This document shows positions 35,995 through 45,957 of a stretch of DNA of 64,000 nucleotides, piece by piece. Under the pieces are notes generated by a model, which did not search any database, had not been told where the DNA came from, and was given only the letters and a program-made list of their open reading frames with translations. Source of the stretch: an uncultured Candidatus Berkelbacteria bacterium (lineage in GTDB: Bacteria; Patescibacteriota; UBA1384; XYA2-FULL-43-10; CAINNR01); the NCBI GenBank assembly GCA_903851235.1, contig CAINNR010000015.1:11327-75326 (forward strand), read 5' to 3'. The translations under genes and the position numbers were made by a program. Positions within the stretch are counted from its first letter, which is position 1, and each line of letters begins with the position of its first letter.

Positions 35995-37401
35995 TTACTT
36001 CGGGCATCCGGGAGTTGTATCTGCTGGTAATAATTTGAAATCTGGCCAAGATATCTGACTGGTATCATAATTTCCACCGTATTGGAAGTGCATTGTGTCG
36101 CAAGTGCAGAAAAATTTTCCACCCCAAAAGAAACCGTCTTTTTGGAAAATATCACTAACAGTTTTTGGTATATTAGTCGAGCAGCTAGAACTATCCCTTG
36201 CTTGACCGCCGGAGATTGAACTTCGTTTATTGTTTGGGTTTTGGTTAGGGTTTATATCAATTGCTGTCCCGAATCCATGTGGGCTGATTGTGCCTTTGCG
36301 ATTGGTATTTTCTCTAACACTAGTTCCTTGAACGTCGCTAAAATTGTAAGTTACACCAGCGGCTTTCAAATCGGCCTGAACTTTATCAAGCGCCGAGGTT
36401 ATTGCTTTGTTGACTCCACCGGAGATGTTGTGACCCATGAACGAGTAAGAAACAATATTTTTTCCCGGGGTGCCGACGGCATTCTGAACATCTGTAATAT
36501 TTTTCCAAATTCCAACTTGGTCATATTGCCCCAAACTGGTTCCGACGGTACGAAAATCCATTGAGGAGTTGGAGCCGGAGGTGGCACCACAATTATCAGA
36601 CCCTCCGGTTGCACCGGAACCGGCGGCTGTAGTAAATCGCCATCTCGTTTTTGCGTCGCTCTCGGCGCCCAAACTTGTCATTGCGATTTGCGATATGTCA
36701 AGACCAACCCTATTAGCCGGTCGTGCATTATTCAAGACATATCCCGAGTCAGTATAGACATATGGTCCGGAGTCGATGACTGCCAGCACCACAGTTTTCC
36801 CGTTATATTCAACTTCAATTCTTGGGCACTGGTTAACATTTCCATGGCAGGCGACTGGTATGCTTGTTAGGGGAAGCGCAGCAAAGTATTCGGTCGGTCG
36901 ACTACAGCCGGTTGGAAGACCGCTTCTGCCGACGCAGTTGTCGACATCATCGGTGCATGTCATACACTCCTCCATGTCTTTAGCTGATGATAATGCCGTT
37001 GAGTCTTTATGGCACCATTTATACTTCATATCTCGGTTATGTTGGGATTTATCACATTTGCCGCCAAAGGTTGTTGTCACTATGTTTTCATGCCAATCGG
37101 TTGTAGCGCCAGCGGGAATTGCAACTGTTCCGGACAAACCACTGTTCATGCAAGCTTGGGCGCTGTTGCCATTTGGATCGCCGATTGAGCGAACGTAAAA
37201 AGCGATTGCAGAACCCCAAGCGGCGGCTGCCGACAGACCCATAAAAAGAACAACAAGAATCGAGACGATTATTGCTTTTCGCCACTTATTCTTATCACCA
37301 CCTATGGTGAAAAAGTTTTTGACTTTATCAATTGGGTTCGAGGATTGGCCACCAGTGGTGGCATTTGGCGTTTCGTTTTGTTCTGTTGTTTCATCAGGCA
37401 T
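35995..37401 (-). CDS. Membrane-anchored RlpA-like DPBB plus M15 peptidase
   Basis: FAALP...VIDSGP...GLDIS..A...LG, then SPHGFGTAIDIN, GFFWGG.F...DTMHFQY. Confidence 0.85.
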   Translation of the reverse strand: MPDETTEQNETPNATTGGQSSNPIDKVKNFFTIGGDKNKWRKAIIVSILVVLFMGLSAAAAWGSAIAFYVRSIGDPNGNSAQACMNSGLSGTVAIPAGATTDWHENIVTTTFGGKCDKSQHNRDMKYKWCHKDSTALSSAKDMEECMTCTDDVDNCVGRSGLPTGCSRPTEYFAALPLTSIPVACHGNVNQCPRIEVEYNGKTVVLAVIDSGPYVYTDSGYVLNNARPANRVGLDISQIAMTSLGAESDAKTRWRFTTAAGSGATGGSDNCGATSGSNSSMDFRTVGTSLGQYDQVGIWKNITDVQNAVGTPGKNIVSYSFMGHNISGGVNKAITSALDKVQADLKAAGVTYNFSDVQGTSVRENTNRKGTISPHGFGTAIDINPNQNPNNKRSSISGGQARDSSSCSTNIPKTVSDIFQKDGFFWGGKFFCTCDTMHFQYGGNYDTSQISWPDFKLLPADTTPGCPK

Positions 37402-37480
37402 AAAATTTACCAATTACTTTCAATCAAAATATAAAATATATATGATAGATTTCTGATAATCTCGAAATGATTTTGAAAAA

Positions 37481-39274
37481 TTAATTATTCGGGTAAAGCG
37501 AATCACATTTGGCTTTTTGCTGGGTTAACGAATTGGTCTGCGTTCTTGCCACCAAATCCCAGATAGGAATTTTGGAAAGATCCGGTTTTTGATTGGTGTA
37601 ATTTGTCCAAATTATCTGGCATTGCTCAAGCGTCGGGTTACCGGTTGAGCCAAACCATGTGAGAGGGTTATACCAAACTGTTTGGCTGGTTGACGATGGA
37701 GTTGTTGTGGCCGCTTGGCTGGTTGACGACTGGACCAAAGTTGTCCCAGTCGCTGATGGCGACAAAGTGCTACCGGAGGTTGGAGAACTGGGATCCATCA
37801 GCCCAGGTTGAGCAACCGGCGACGTTGTCGTGGTTGAGACGCTGGCGGTGGTTTTTGCTGCCCCACTCTTAATATTGACCAGTCCAATGTAGTCGTTATA
37901 ACCGTGACCAATTGCTCTTTTTTTGTAAATCGACACACCCCATTTGTAAAGTCTGGCTTTGTCGTCGTCGGTCAGACCGGCGGTATTTAGCGGGATGGAT
38001 AGAGTTTTTGGTAGATTGTCATAATCAATAATAAACGAACCAACTTCCTTGAATGTCAGCGGCGACTTAAAATAACCGCCGTAACCCAGGTCGTGCCACG
38101 GAGTGGCATTGATAACGACACCGAATTCAGTTTTGGCATTGACCTTTGGTGTTGCCCCATTCACTTTGGACAAACCTTTTGGACTCGGGTAGGCATCGCC
38201 GATCGTAATATTCAGTGTATTGCCACTTACGGTCATCGAAGTTTTATCATAACCGCTGGCGCGAAAATATCCCAAATAACCATCTTTGTAAAAAGTGTTG
38301 TTCATGTAAGTCGAATTCATCGCCATCATTACTTTGTCCAGCGCCAAGATACAGGTCATTTCGGTGTAAAGTTGCGTGCTTTGTCCGTTAACCGCGGTTA
38401 CTTTATGGTCGGCGCCACGGGTGATATCAATAGAATTTACATTGGTTTTGTAACCGGAAGCGCTAGAACTTACGGTATATTTTCCGTTCGGTGCGGCAAC
38501 TTCAGCCACCCAATAATTGCCGAAATTATAAGTTTTCTTTACAGCTGATATGCCGCCAGTTGCGTTGCTGGCGGAAATAAAATGTCCTTTGTCAATTTTG
38601 TTAGGGTTTTTAAAATTGGCGTCGTAACTTTCCGGGTCGACTGGAGCGACCGTGCCGCGAACCGCATAATCGGTGACAATTACTTTTATGCCGGAGTTAT
38701 CGGGAACAGCGTCTTTTAACTGCGTGCATTTCCCTGACATTGGGATGCCAATACAACCGTGAGTAGCGCCAGAAGAAAAATGAATACCTAAATGGCGACA
38801 CTTTTTCCCGTCCTTAGTTTCTTGATTAGCGGGGCAAACCGGATCACCGCCAAAAGTTGGGTTGCCGTCTAAGTTTAAGAACCATTCTCCACTTAAAGCT
38901 CCGGTCAGAGGTTTGGTCCAATCCGCGGCGCTGTAGACACCCAACGATGTCATACAAGTGGCATCAGTAGGAGCTCCTGATGTTCCGCATCCGGCAATAC
39001 TTGGTTGATAAATACTTTCTTTAATTTTTGTTGGCGAAGTGCCGACATTAACCGGAGTGATAATAATGGGACCGCTGCTATTATAGCCAGTTAGCGCACC
39101 CTCGCCTGTTTGAGGATTTATGGCCACAACAATCAACTGAATGTTTCCGGCATTTGTACTTGGGGACAATGTATCGGCGGCGATTTTATTGAGATAAATG
39201 TATATTCCCAGAGCAATTAATCCCAAAAAAACTACCGACAAACCGACAAACAAGAAAACTTTTGATCGTTTCAT
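37481..39274 (-). CDS. Membrane-anchored protein with L,D-transpeptidase (YkuD)-like motif
   Basis: N-terminal TM; TSLGVY, LGIH....ATHGCIG; Ser/Thr-rich tail. Confidence 0.65.
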   Translation of the reverse strand: MKRSKVFLFVGLSVVFLGLIALGIYIYLNKIAADTLSPSTNAGNIQLIVVAINPQTGEGALTGYNSSGPIIITPVNVGTSPTKIKESIYQPSIAGCGTSGAPTDATCMTSLGVYSAADWTKPLTGALSGEWFLNLDGNPTFGGDPVCPANQETKDGKKCRHLGIHFSSGATHGCIGIPMSGKCTQLKDAVPDNSGIKVIVTDYAVRGTVAPVDPESYDANFKNPNKIDKGHFISASNATGGISAVKKTYNFGNYWVAEVAAPNGKYTVSSSASGYKTNVNSIDITRGADHKVTAVNGQSTQLYTEMTCILALDKVMMAMNSTYMNNTFYKDGYLGYFRASGYDKTSMTVSGNTLNITIGDAYPSPKGLSKVNGATPKVNAKTEFGVVINATPWHDLGYGGYFKSPLTFKEVGSFIIDYDNLPKTLSIPLNTAGLTDDDKARLYKWGVSIYKKRAIGHGYNDYIGLVNIKSGAAKTTASVSTTTTSPVAQPGLMDPSSPTSGSTLSPSATGTTLVQSSTSQAATTTPSSTSQTVWYNPLTWFGSTGNPTLEQCQIIWTNYTNQKPDLSKIPIWDLVARTQTNSLTQQKAKCDSLYPNN

Positions 39275-39312
39275 AATCTCCCCAAAATTAATTTAATTTA
39301 TTCATAATAATA

Positions 39313-40815
39313 TTATCGAACCGGTCCAACCGTTGTACCGCTGACAAATTGCCAATTAAATCTATCAATGATTTTGGGATCGCCGCCCAAATATGTCATC
39401 GCGGTCGGACTGATGTCCAAGCCGGCCGGATTGCTTTTTTGTGGTGAACAGCCGCCGACATTTATCCCACTTTCGACCGATGGTCGATCCGGTCCACAAA
39501 TATAACTCTTATCGACGGTATTGCACGGACCGCTGTCAACAACCGCCAGGATCACCGATTTTCCATTTGCCGGGTTTGTAACTTTAATCCGCATACATTT
39601 ATTTATATCGCCGTTGCACTGTTGTGCGACTGCTCCGTATGGCAAAGAGGCGAAATATTGGGTTGGACCATCGCAACCGGTAGAAATGTGACTGCCACCG
39701 GCGTAGCACGGATCACCATTGTCAGCGCACTTTCCATCTTTGCCACAACCACCGAACTGAGTTGTCCGAATATTTGTTCGAATTAAGTCTTGGCAAGCGC
39801 AGACAAAAGTTGCTGGGAAACTTTTGAGCCCGGAATAAGTAATTGGGGAGACAACATTATAACTTCGATCTTCGCTTCGTGGTACCAGAATATCCGGGTT
39901 TAGATCACCTCGCCCTGGAATGAGCGGAACGATACGGGTTTTCACAGCGAAACCGTTGATCCAACTTTGGTATTTGGCATCATCAGACAAACCGGATAAA
40001 TCCGGATCGAATTTTAACGAAGTTGTCTTGATGACCGATTCAAGTGGAAGTTTAATAGTCTGCAAACTTTTGCCTGAAGATGCAATCTGTTTGGCGCCGG
40101 ACCAATTTTCGGACACGGCATAAACATCAAAATAGACATCGGCTTTTGGCACTGCGCTGGTTCCACCGCTAATTATCCAACTATTTCCAAGTTTTATCGG
40201 CACGGTAAAAGTTGCGGTTGACGGGATTTGTTTATTTTGTACTTGGCTTAATGAAATATAATTGCGCAGATAATGGACGTCATTTTTGCTCAAATGATAA
40301 AAACCTTGGTAGCCGGCAGCGTAAGCGCCCCAATTATAAAGACTGTACATCAAATCAGTTTCGCGATCGACAAAATAATTATTTTGCACGCTTCCGCCGT
40401 TTGTCAGTAAGGTTGAAATTACCGCTGTTCCGGTTGGGCTCTTAAGGTGAACATCGGCGGCTCTTTTTGCGTTGTATTTTCCACCGGAGAGATAGACGGC
40501 GTAACTGCATGAGTTGGGGCTCGGAACGCTAATACTGTAATTACCGGATGAATCAGTTGTTGCCGAATAACTTTTATCGCTACAATCTACCAGTGTGACG
40601 GTAACTCCGATCGCAACTTTGCCATAGATGGCGCTTTCCAAACTATAGTTGACGGCATCCAAACTCTCAAAAACTTTTCCTTTAAAGACTGCGCTGTTAA
40701 GTTGATCGGCTTTAATAAAAGCGAGAAAAAATATCGCGATTACGAATAATACGCAGGCAACCACAATTAAGGATACTGTTGTCGAAACCCTGACATTTTT
40801 TATTTTCATAATCAT
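39313..40815 (-). CDS. Membrane-anchored protein with prealbumin-like domain and C-terminal RlpA-like DPBB
   Basis: GVTVTL...ATTDSSGNYSI; YFASLP...VTNPANGKSV...VVDSGP...GLDISPTAM..LG. Confidence 0.75.
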   Translation of the reverse strand: MIMKIKNVRVSTTVSLIVVACVLFVIAIFFLAFIKADQLNSAVFKGKVFESLDAVNYSLESAIYGKVAIGVTVTLVDCSDKSYSATTDSSGNYSISVPSPNSCSYAVYLSGGKYNAKRAADVHLKSPTGTAVISTLLTNGGSVQNNYFVDRETDLMYSLYNWGAYAAGYQGFYHLSKNDVHYLRNYISLSQVQNKQIPSTATFTVPIKLGNSWIISGGTSAVPKADVYFDVYAVSENWSGAKQIASSGKSLQTIKLPLESVIKTTSLKFDPDLSGLSDDAKYQSWINGFAVKTRIVPLIPGRGDLNPDILVPRSEDRSYNVVSPITYSGLKSFPATFVCACQDLIRTNIRTTQFGGCGKDGKCADNGDPCYAGGSHISTGCDGPTQYFASLPYGAVAQQCNGDINKCMRIKVTNPANGKSVILAVVDSGPCNTVDKSYICGPDRPSVESGINVGGCSPQKSNPAGLDISPTAMTYLGGDPKIIDRFNWQFVSGTTVGPVR

Positions 40816-40821
40816 ATTTTT

Positions 40822-42969
40822 CTACATACTTTCTTGGTCGCCGGGGGTTTGGCCGGATTGGGCCAGAAGTTGCTCCGGATTGGTGGTGATTACCTGATCC
40901 TCGGAGTAGGAAGCTATGACTTTGATCGCCACATGATTCAAGCCGGCAAAAAACAAGCCTTCGCCGACATCGCTTTCCAGGAGAAGATATTTTTCACCCT
41001 CGGTTAAGCCGAAAGTTTCGGCGATGATATCAACTGACGCCGTCGATTGTTTCAAAAGAATTTGCATTGATGAGTTGGAAACAATTGATTTTCCATATCG
41101 TGATGAGAGGAAATCCTCGACATCTTGGCTGATGATCGTTAATCCCAAATAGTATTTTCTGGCGCGTTTCGCCAAGCCGTGGAGGAATTTGGCCGAGTCT
41201 TCGTACTGCATCATCCACCAAGCTTCATCAATAATCATCAACCGGCGACGCATATCCATCCGAATTTTGGTCCAAATATAATTTAGAATCGTGTACATTG
41301 CCACCGGTCGGAGTGCTTCCTCCAAATCACGGACGGAGAAGACGACAAAACCGGGTTTTAGTTCAAAGTTGGTCGGAGCATTGAACAGTCCGGCAAATGT
41401 TCCCTCAACGTACTTTGACAGCCTCCTGGTGATACTTTCGGTGCCGTTCATGTTGGAGAGAACGTTGTAAAAATCCTGCATAATCGGCGGTTCGTTTTTC
41501 TGGCTCTCCGGATCGGTGGTTATATCCTTTAGGGCATATGCTTCGTACAGACCTTTTTCAACCAATGAATCCTCCTCCGGTGTTAAACCGGCAACCATCA
41601 AATTGATCAAACCGTGAACCGAAGAGATATTCGATCGCAGAACATCCTCGCCTGACTCTTTCTCTGGATCGAGTCCGCGCGGCAAATCAAAGGGATTAAT
41701 TCGCTGCTGGGAATTTAGCGAATAGCGTAAATAACTGCCACCGACGGCATCGCAAAGATTTTTGTACTCCGATTCCGGATCGACAATAATAATATCGGTG
41801 CCGAACATCAAACTTCGCAAGGCTTCCAATTTGATCATGTAAGATTTACCCGAACCGGACTTGGCAAAGACGACCGAGTTGGCATTTTCCAGCGAGAAGC
41901 GGTCGAAAATGATCAATGAATTATTGTGGCGATTAATACCGTATAAAATTCCATCCTCCTGGGTCAACTCCGATGAGGTGAAGGGGAAGATTGATGAGAC
42001 TGAGCCGGTGTCCAAATTTCGCAGAACGGAAATTGAGTCGCGCATCATCGGTGCGGTGGAGATAAATCCCTCTGACATTTGTAACAGCGTTTCTTTGGTG
42101 TAAATTAACATTCCACCCAAAGTTGATTCTAACTGTTTAGTTACAGTGTTTAACTCCTCGAGTGTGTGAGCGTAAATCGTAAAGTATAATCCCAATTGGA
42201 AGAGTCGAACCTCACCGCGTTGCAAGACATCACGCAATGATTCAACATCACCAAGCGCAGTTTCCAACTCCGGGTCGCGCGGTTGGCCCTTTTCTTGGGC
42301 AATCATAAGTGATGACTGAATTTTGCCCACTTGGCTTTTCAGATCTTTCATAACATTAGTGGTTTCCAGCGGATGGATGTGCATGCCGATGTCCATTGTA
42401 ATGTCATAATTAATTAGCGGTGAAAGCCAATTGGCGTCAAGATAACGCGGATAGGTGTAGACGAAAAGTGTTTTACAAAATGTGTCACCGAGTTGCAAAT
42501 AATTTGGATTAAGGACGAAGGCCGCCGGCGCAATAATGTCTCGAACAGTTAACATTCCCTCCTGGAAGATTTTTTGCGCTTCCCTGACCTCAAGATTCTC
42601 TTGAGCAATGGTGCGAGGATCGGTGCTGATCGCAGTTGGCTGATCGGTCAAATTGGGTTTACTTGTGGCGAGCGGAGTCGAACCATTGGTCTCACTGGAC
42701 AAATCTGGTTTGGGCGTCAGCGACTGGACCGGAATGGCGACTTGTGGCGGCAATTTGAATTTTGTCGTCACATTCGCCTGATCCGAAAGACCGGTTTTGT
42801 TACCTGTCTTTTTCACTTGATCGGCTTGCCAAAAATCAGCCGAGTCGTTAGTCGGCTGTACCGGATTTGCCGAATTCACCGGCGCGCCAAAAGTAGCAGC
42901 AGGTGTTGCGTTGATTGGAGTACTTGCTGGCGGAGTATCGGGAATTAAATTTTGGTTTGTTTGGGCCAT
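40822..42969 (-). CDS. virB4: VirB4-like T4SS ATPase (monoderm/CPR type)
   Basis: FPFTS, GILYGIN, FDRFSLENAN, Walker A AKSGSGKS, VDPESEY, INPFD, Walker B IIDEAW, RARKY, GEGLF. Confidence 0.92.
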   Translation of the reverse strand: MAQTNQNLIPDTPPASTPINATPAATFGAPVNSANPVQPTNDSADFWQADQVKKTGNKTGLSDQANVTTKFKLPPQVAIPVQSLTPKPDLSSETNGSTPLATSKPNLTDQPTAISTDPRTIAQENLEVREAQKIFQEGMLTVRDIIAPAAFVLNPNYLQLGDTFCKTLFVYTYPRYLDANWLSPLINYDITMDIGMHIHPLETTNVMKDLKSQVGKIQSSLMIAQEKGQPRDPELETALGDVESLRDVLQRGEVRLFQLGLYFTIYAHTLEELNTVTKQLESTLGGMLIYTKETLLQMSEGFISTAPMMRDSISVLRNLDTGSVSSIFPFTSSELTQEDGILYGINRHNNSLIIFDRFSLENANSVVFAKSGSGKSYMIKLEALRSLMFGTDIIIVDPESEYKNLCDAVGGSYLRYSLNSQQRINPFDLPRGLDPEKESGEDVLRSNISSVHGLINLMVAGLTPEEDSLVEKGLYEAYALKDITTDPESQKNEPPIMQDFYNVLSNMNGTESITRRLSKYVEGTFAGLFNAPTNFELKPGFVVFSVRDLEEALRPVAMYTILNYIWTKIRMDMRRRLMIIDEAWWMMQYEDSAKFLHGLAKRARKYYLGLTIISQDVEDFLSSRYGKSIVSNSSMQILLKQSTASVDIIAETFGLTEGEKYLLLESDVGEGLFFAGLNHVAIKVIASYSEDQVITTNPEQLLAQSGQTPGDQESM

Positions 42970-42980
42970 TTCAAGTTGAT

Positions 42981-43904
42981 CTAATTAGTCAAATTTGTTT
43001 TATCAACGGGTGGACTTGCTACAGTTGCCGTTACAGCCCCCGTTTTATTATCAGCATTTGTGGCCGGTGTTTCCGCTGTCGTTGTCGGCGCGATTGCCTT
43101 CTCGGCCGCTTCGGCCTGTTTTTTCATTTTGTCCTGTTCGCGAACGTATTCGGTATTATCAATCACCGGTGTTTCGTCAACAGTGTTGACCGGCTTTTCA
43201 ATATCCAGTTCAGTTGGTGTTTCCCTACGGCTGACAATATTCGCCTGAAGCGTTTCCAAATCACCCAGCCGTTCTTTGTCGGCGATGCCGGGATTATAAA
43301 AATTGTAAAAAAGTTCAATCAATTCGCCGGTTGTTAACTGTTTGCAGTGAAGGCCGATTGATCCGAGTCCGGAGGCGATGACACCGGCTCGCTCTCGCAG
43401 TTCGTTGCCGTGAGTTGTGAAAACCTTCTCGGAAATTTTCAGCAGCGAAACCGAATTACCGCGATTTAGCAATTTATCGACAAAAGACAGATTTTGAAGC
43501 TCAATATTCTCCCAGCCAATGACAACATAAAAACGTTTTTTCATAATATTCGCCATGTTGATCAGCTCGGAAATAAAGTCAACATAGTCAGCTGTTTGGG
43601 CTTTTAAAAGTTCGATGGTCTGTTCCGCCGCTCTTTTTCGAAGTTTGGCCAGATACGGGGTCAGGTCAAGTTTTCGCGACTGAACCAAAATTTGGATCGG
43701 GAAGTGGAGTGAATTTAAGAAACCTTGAAATTGAAAAATTATTGAGTTCTGTTCCCGCTCGCTTTTCAAGCCGAAATTGATCGCGGTGACATCAAGAATC
43801 AGGCGGTACGAACCGTCCTTTAGGATGACAATTCCGTCCTCAACGCCGGCAATCTCCAGATTCTCCTGCGTCGATGCGGCAAGTTTTGTTTTGCTTGAAG
43901 CCAG
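42981..43904 (-). CDS. T4SS-associated protein between prgI and virB4, probable CTG start
   Basis: Frame stays open 45 codons upstream of the track start (ASTQENLEIAGVEDGIVILKDGSYR..INFGLKS). AAGGAGG lies 5 nt before CTG at 43904, with an in-frame TGA just upstream. Confidence 0.8.
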   Translation of the reverse strand: MASSKTKLAASTQENLEIAGVEDGIVILKDGSYRLILDVTAINFGLKSEREQNSIIFQFQGFLNSLHFPIQILVQSRKLDLTPYLAKLRKRAAEQTIELLKAQTADYVDFISELINMANIMKKRFYVVIGWENIELQNLSFVDKLLNRGNSVSLLKISEKVFTTHGNELRERAGVIASGLGSIGLHCKQLTTGELIELFYNFYNPGIADKERLGDLETLQANIVSRRETPTELDIEKPVNTVDETPVIDNTEYVREQDKMKKQAEAAEKAIAPTTTAETPATNADNKTGAVTATVASPPVDKTNLTN

Positions 43905-43932
43905 AATCCCCTCCTTAGCTAATCAAATCAGT

Positions 43933-44349
43933 CTAATTTGGACTAGTCCGTCCGCGTTTATCTATTACACTTGCCAGCTTTTCAATATCGGCACGCGAAT
44001 ATCGTTTGTTGGCGTACGGATCGGCAACTCTCTCAACTTTCGGCTGATAAATCTCAACCCGGACATTATTTTCGCTTTTATGCCAAAGTCTGGTTTTCGG
44101 GTTGGCGGCATAGGCCATGGCGTTTTTCAGAAACTGACCAAAGGAGCGACCATTGACTTTAACGAAACAGATGCAAAATGTCAGGATAAAAATCGGCAAA
44201 GCCAGAACCCAGTTGATCGGGGATGGAAGTGAACTAATGGCGATATAACCGGCGCCGCCACCGAGAACGGCATAGACAAACTGGACCATCGAAAGTGGTC
44301 CCAAAATTTTATCCTCGATATCGATTTTTTGTGGCACTTTGAACTGCAT
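43933..44349 (-). CDS. PrgI family (VirB3-like) membrane protein
   Basis: MQFKVPQKIDIEDKILGPLSMVQF, two TMs, KVNGRSF, P.TRLW.K. Confidence 0.88.
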   Translation of the reverse strand: MQFKVPQKIDIEDKILGPLSMVQFVYAVLGGGAGYIAISSLPSPINWVLALPIFILTFCICFVKVNGRSFGQFLKNAMAYAANPKTRLWHKSENNVRVEIYQPKVERVADPYANKRYSRADIEKLASVIDKRGRTSPN

Positions 44350-44359
44350 TGTTTTACGG

Positions 44360-44438
44360 TTCCTTGCTAAATGATCTTTCGGAGTCTACCGAAGGTGACC
44401 CCACAGGCGAATAATTTCCCGAAATTACGAATAAAATT
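44360..44438. repeat. Dispersed ~80-bp element, copy B
   Basis: Core CGGAGTCTACCGAAGGTGA (44380-44398) is the exact reverse complement of 3385-3403, and the flanks also align. Confidence 0.8.
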
Positions 44439-44601
44439 CAATTGAGACACAAGAAACAAGATACAAACAAATCCCAAATTATTAAATCCAATATCCAAAC
44501 GGTTTAATATCTTGAAAATTGGAATTTGAATATTGTTTGGTTATTGCCGCTTGTAACTTGTATCTTCAACTATTGTATCAAATTTTTCCGCAATAGATAA
44601 A

Positions 44602-45831
44602 TTAGGCGGCTTTATTAATTGCTTCAACCGGTGAAACAGCGGCGATCTCCGGATCCGCAGCTTTATAAATATCAACTATACTATTCAGAATGCCCCACAA
44701 ACTTTCACCATTTCCATCGGTAGATTTTGAATTATCCGGCATCGCCGGTTCACCAATACCGTCTTGGAGGAGGGAATCCCAATTGTTTTCATCATCGGAA
44801 TCCCTCGCGCTCAAATTGGTGGTTGCGGTGGCTGTCGATATCAAAACCCTTTCTTTTAGCGCTGTTTTGTTCGCCATTTGGCTCTTAATTTGATCAAAAA
44901 AGAAATGACTTTCTTCAATCCAAGCGTTCAGAGCCGATTTATTCTTCATCAGATTTCGCTGATTTTCCGCTGGCATTACCCGCCAAATTGAATTTAAAAA
45001 ACCATTAAATTCACCGCCGGATTGCAGATAAGCGGCGATTTTCTCGGCCAAAATTTCCTCCGAAAGCCAGACCATTTTTTCCGCCTTATCTTCATCGGTT
45101 GCTTCCGGACGACTTATTGCCGCTGAATATTGATTGAGGGCGTTAACCGATCGATATGATTCTCTCAGACTGAGATCTCCGCCGTCAGTCACTAAGCCGC
45201 CGATTTTTGCTCGCATTTCACCGCTCTGACCGACTCCGTTGCGCGAAAGCCCGTGGGCGATTTCGTGCTTTAAAATGTGGACGATATTTTGTGGCACGCC
45301 ATCAACCTTTTGAAACAATTCATCATAAATTATAATCACCGGATAGTTTTTATCATACTCGCAAACCTTATCCACTCCGCCGCCGGATTCGCGGCGAACA
45401 ATGCGAAATGCCAGCGCCTGCAAAGTTTCGGCGTCCAAAGTTCCGTTGGCGACCAATTCAGCCAAAGCACAGGTGACCTCGACTTTCTCCTCGGGCGAAA
45501 AATTTCCGTAAAGTATTGGCTCCACCATCTCAAAATATTTTAACGTCTCAGATAAATTTTTCTCACTCAGATCGACGCCCTCGGCCCAACCTTTCGTACA
45601 ATTAACAATTTCCTCATCACTTAAGACTCCGGTTTGTTTTATTCGCAAAAAAGACTCGATTCCGGATCGTTGTTCAAGTCGTCGATTTTCTTTGTCGATA
45701 AGTGTTTTAATTTGAGCTTCCTTTTGCGGGTCCGGTTTGGCTTCGGGCTTGGCCTCGTCAGTCTTCGGCAACTCAACCGGAGTGGGAGTTTCGGCGCTAG
45801 AATCAATTAAATCCGATGGTAATTTGGGCAT
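44602..45831 (-). CDS. Acidic protein with HExxH zinc-metallopeptidase-like motif
   Basis: ILKHEIAHGL and downstream EEILAE (gluzincin-like third ligand); no signal peptide. Confidence 0.65.
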   Translation of the reverse strand: MPKLPSDLIDSSAETPTPVELPKTDEAKPEAKPDPQKEAQIKTLIDKENRRLEQRSGIESFLRIKQTGVLSDEEIVNCTKGWAEGVDLSEKNLSETLKYFEMVEPILYGNFSPEEKVEVTCALAELVANGTLDAETLQALAFRIVRRESGGGVDKVCEYDKNYPVIIIYDELFQKVDGVPQNIVHILKHEIAHGLSRNGVGQSGEMRAKIGGLVTDGGDLSLRESYRSVNALNQYSAAISRPEATDEDKAEKMVWLSEEILAEKIAAYLQSGGEFNGFLNSIWRVMPAENQRNLMKNKSALNAWIEESHFFFDQIKSQMANKTALKERVLISTATATTNLSARDSDDENNWDSLLQDGIGEPAMPDNSKSTDGNGESLWGILNSIVDIYKAADPEIAAVSPVEAINKAA

Positions 45832-45847
45832 AATTTCAATCTTTCTA

Positions 45848-45875
45848 TTGACAAATTATAGGCGTTTGCTAAAAT
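45848..45875 (+). promoter_or_regulatory. Sigma70 promoter with no downstream plus-strand ORF
   Basis: TTGACA-16-(TGC)TAAAAT directly before the structured element. Confidence 0.75.
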
Positions 45876-45882
45876 ATAGTTA

Positions 45883-45957
45883 ACGATCGGGTGGGTCGCC
45901 GACCTGCAAGACTGTAAATTGCACTTAAGCGATCATTAAACACCCGATTTTGTTTTT
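45883..45957 (+). ncRNA. Putative small structured RNA, copy 1
   Basis: Nested stems ATCGGGTG/CACCCGAT, GGTCGC/GCGATC and TGCAA/TTGCA with a T-rich tail; 41/43-nt core repeated at 51527-51569. Confidence 0.6.
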
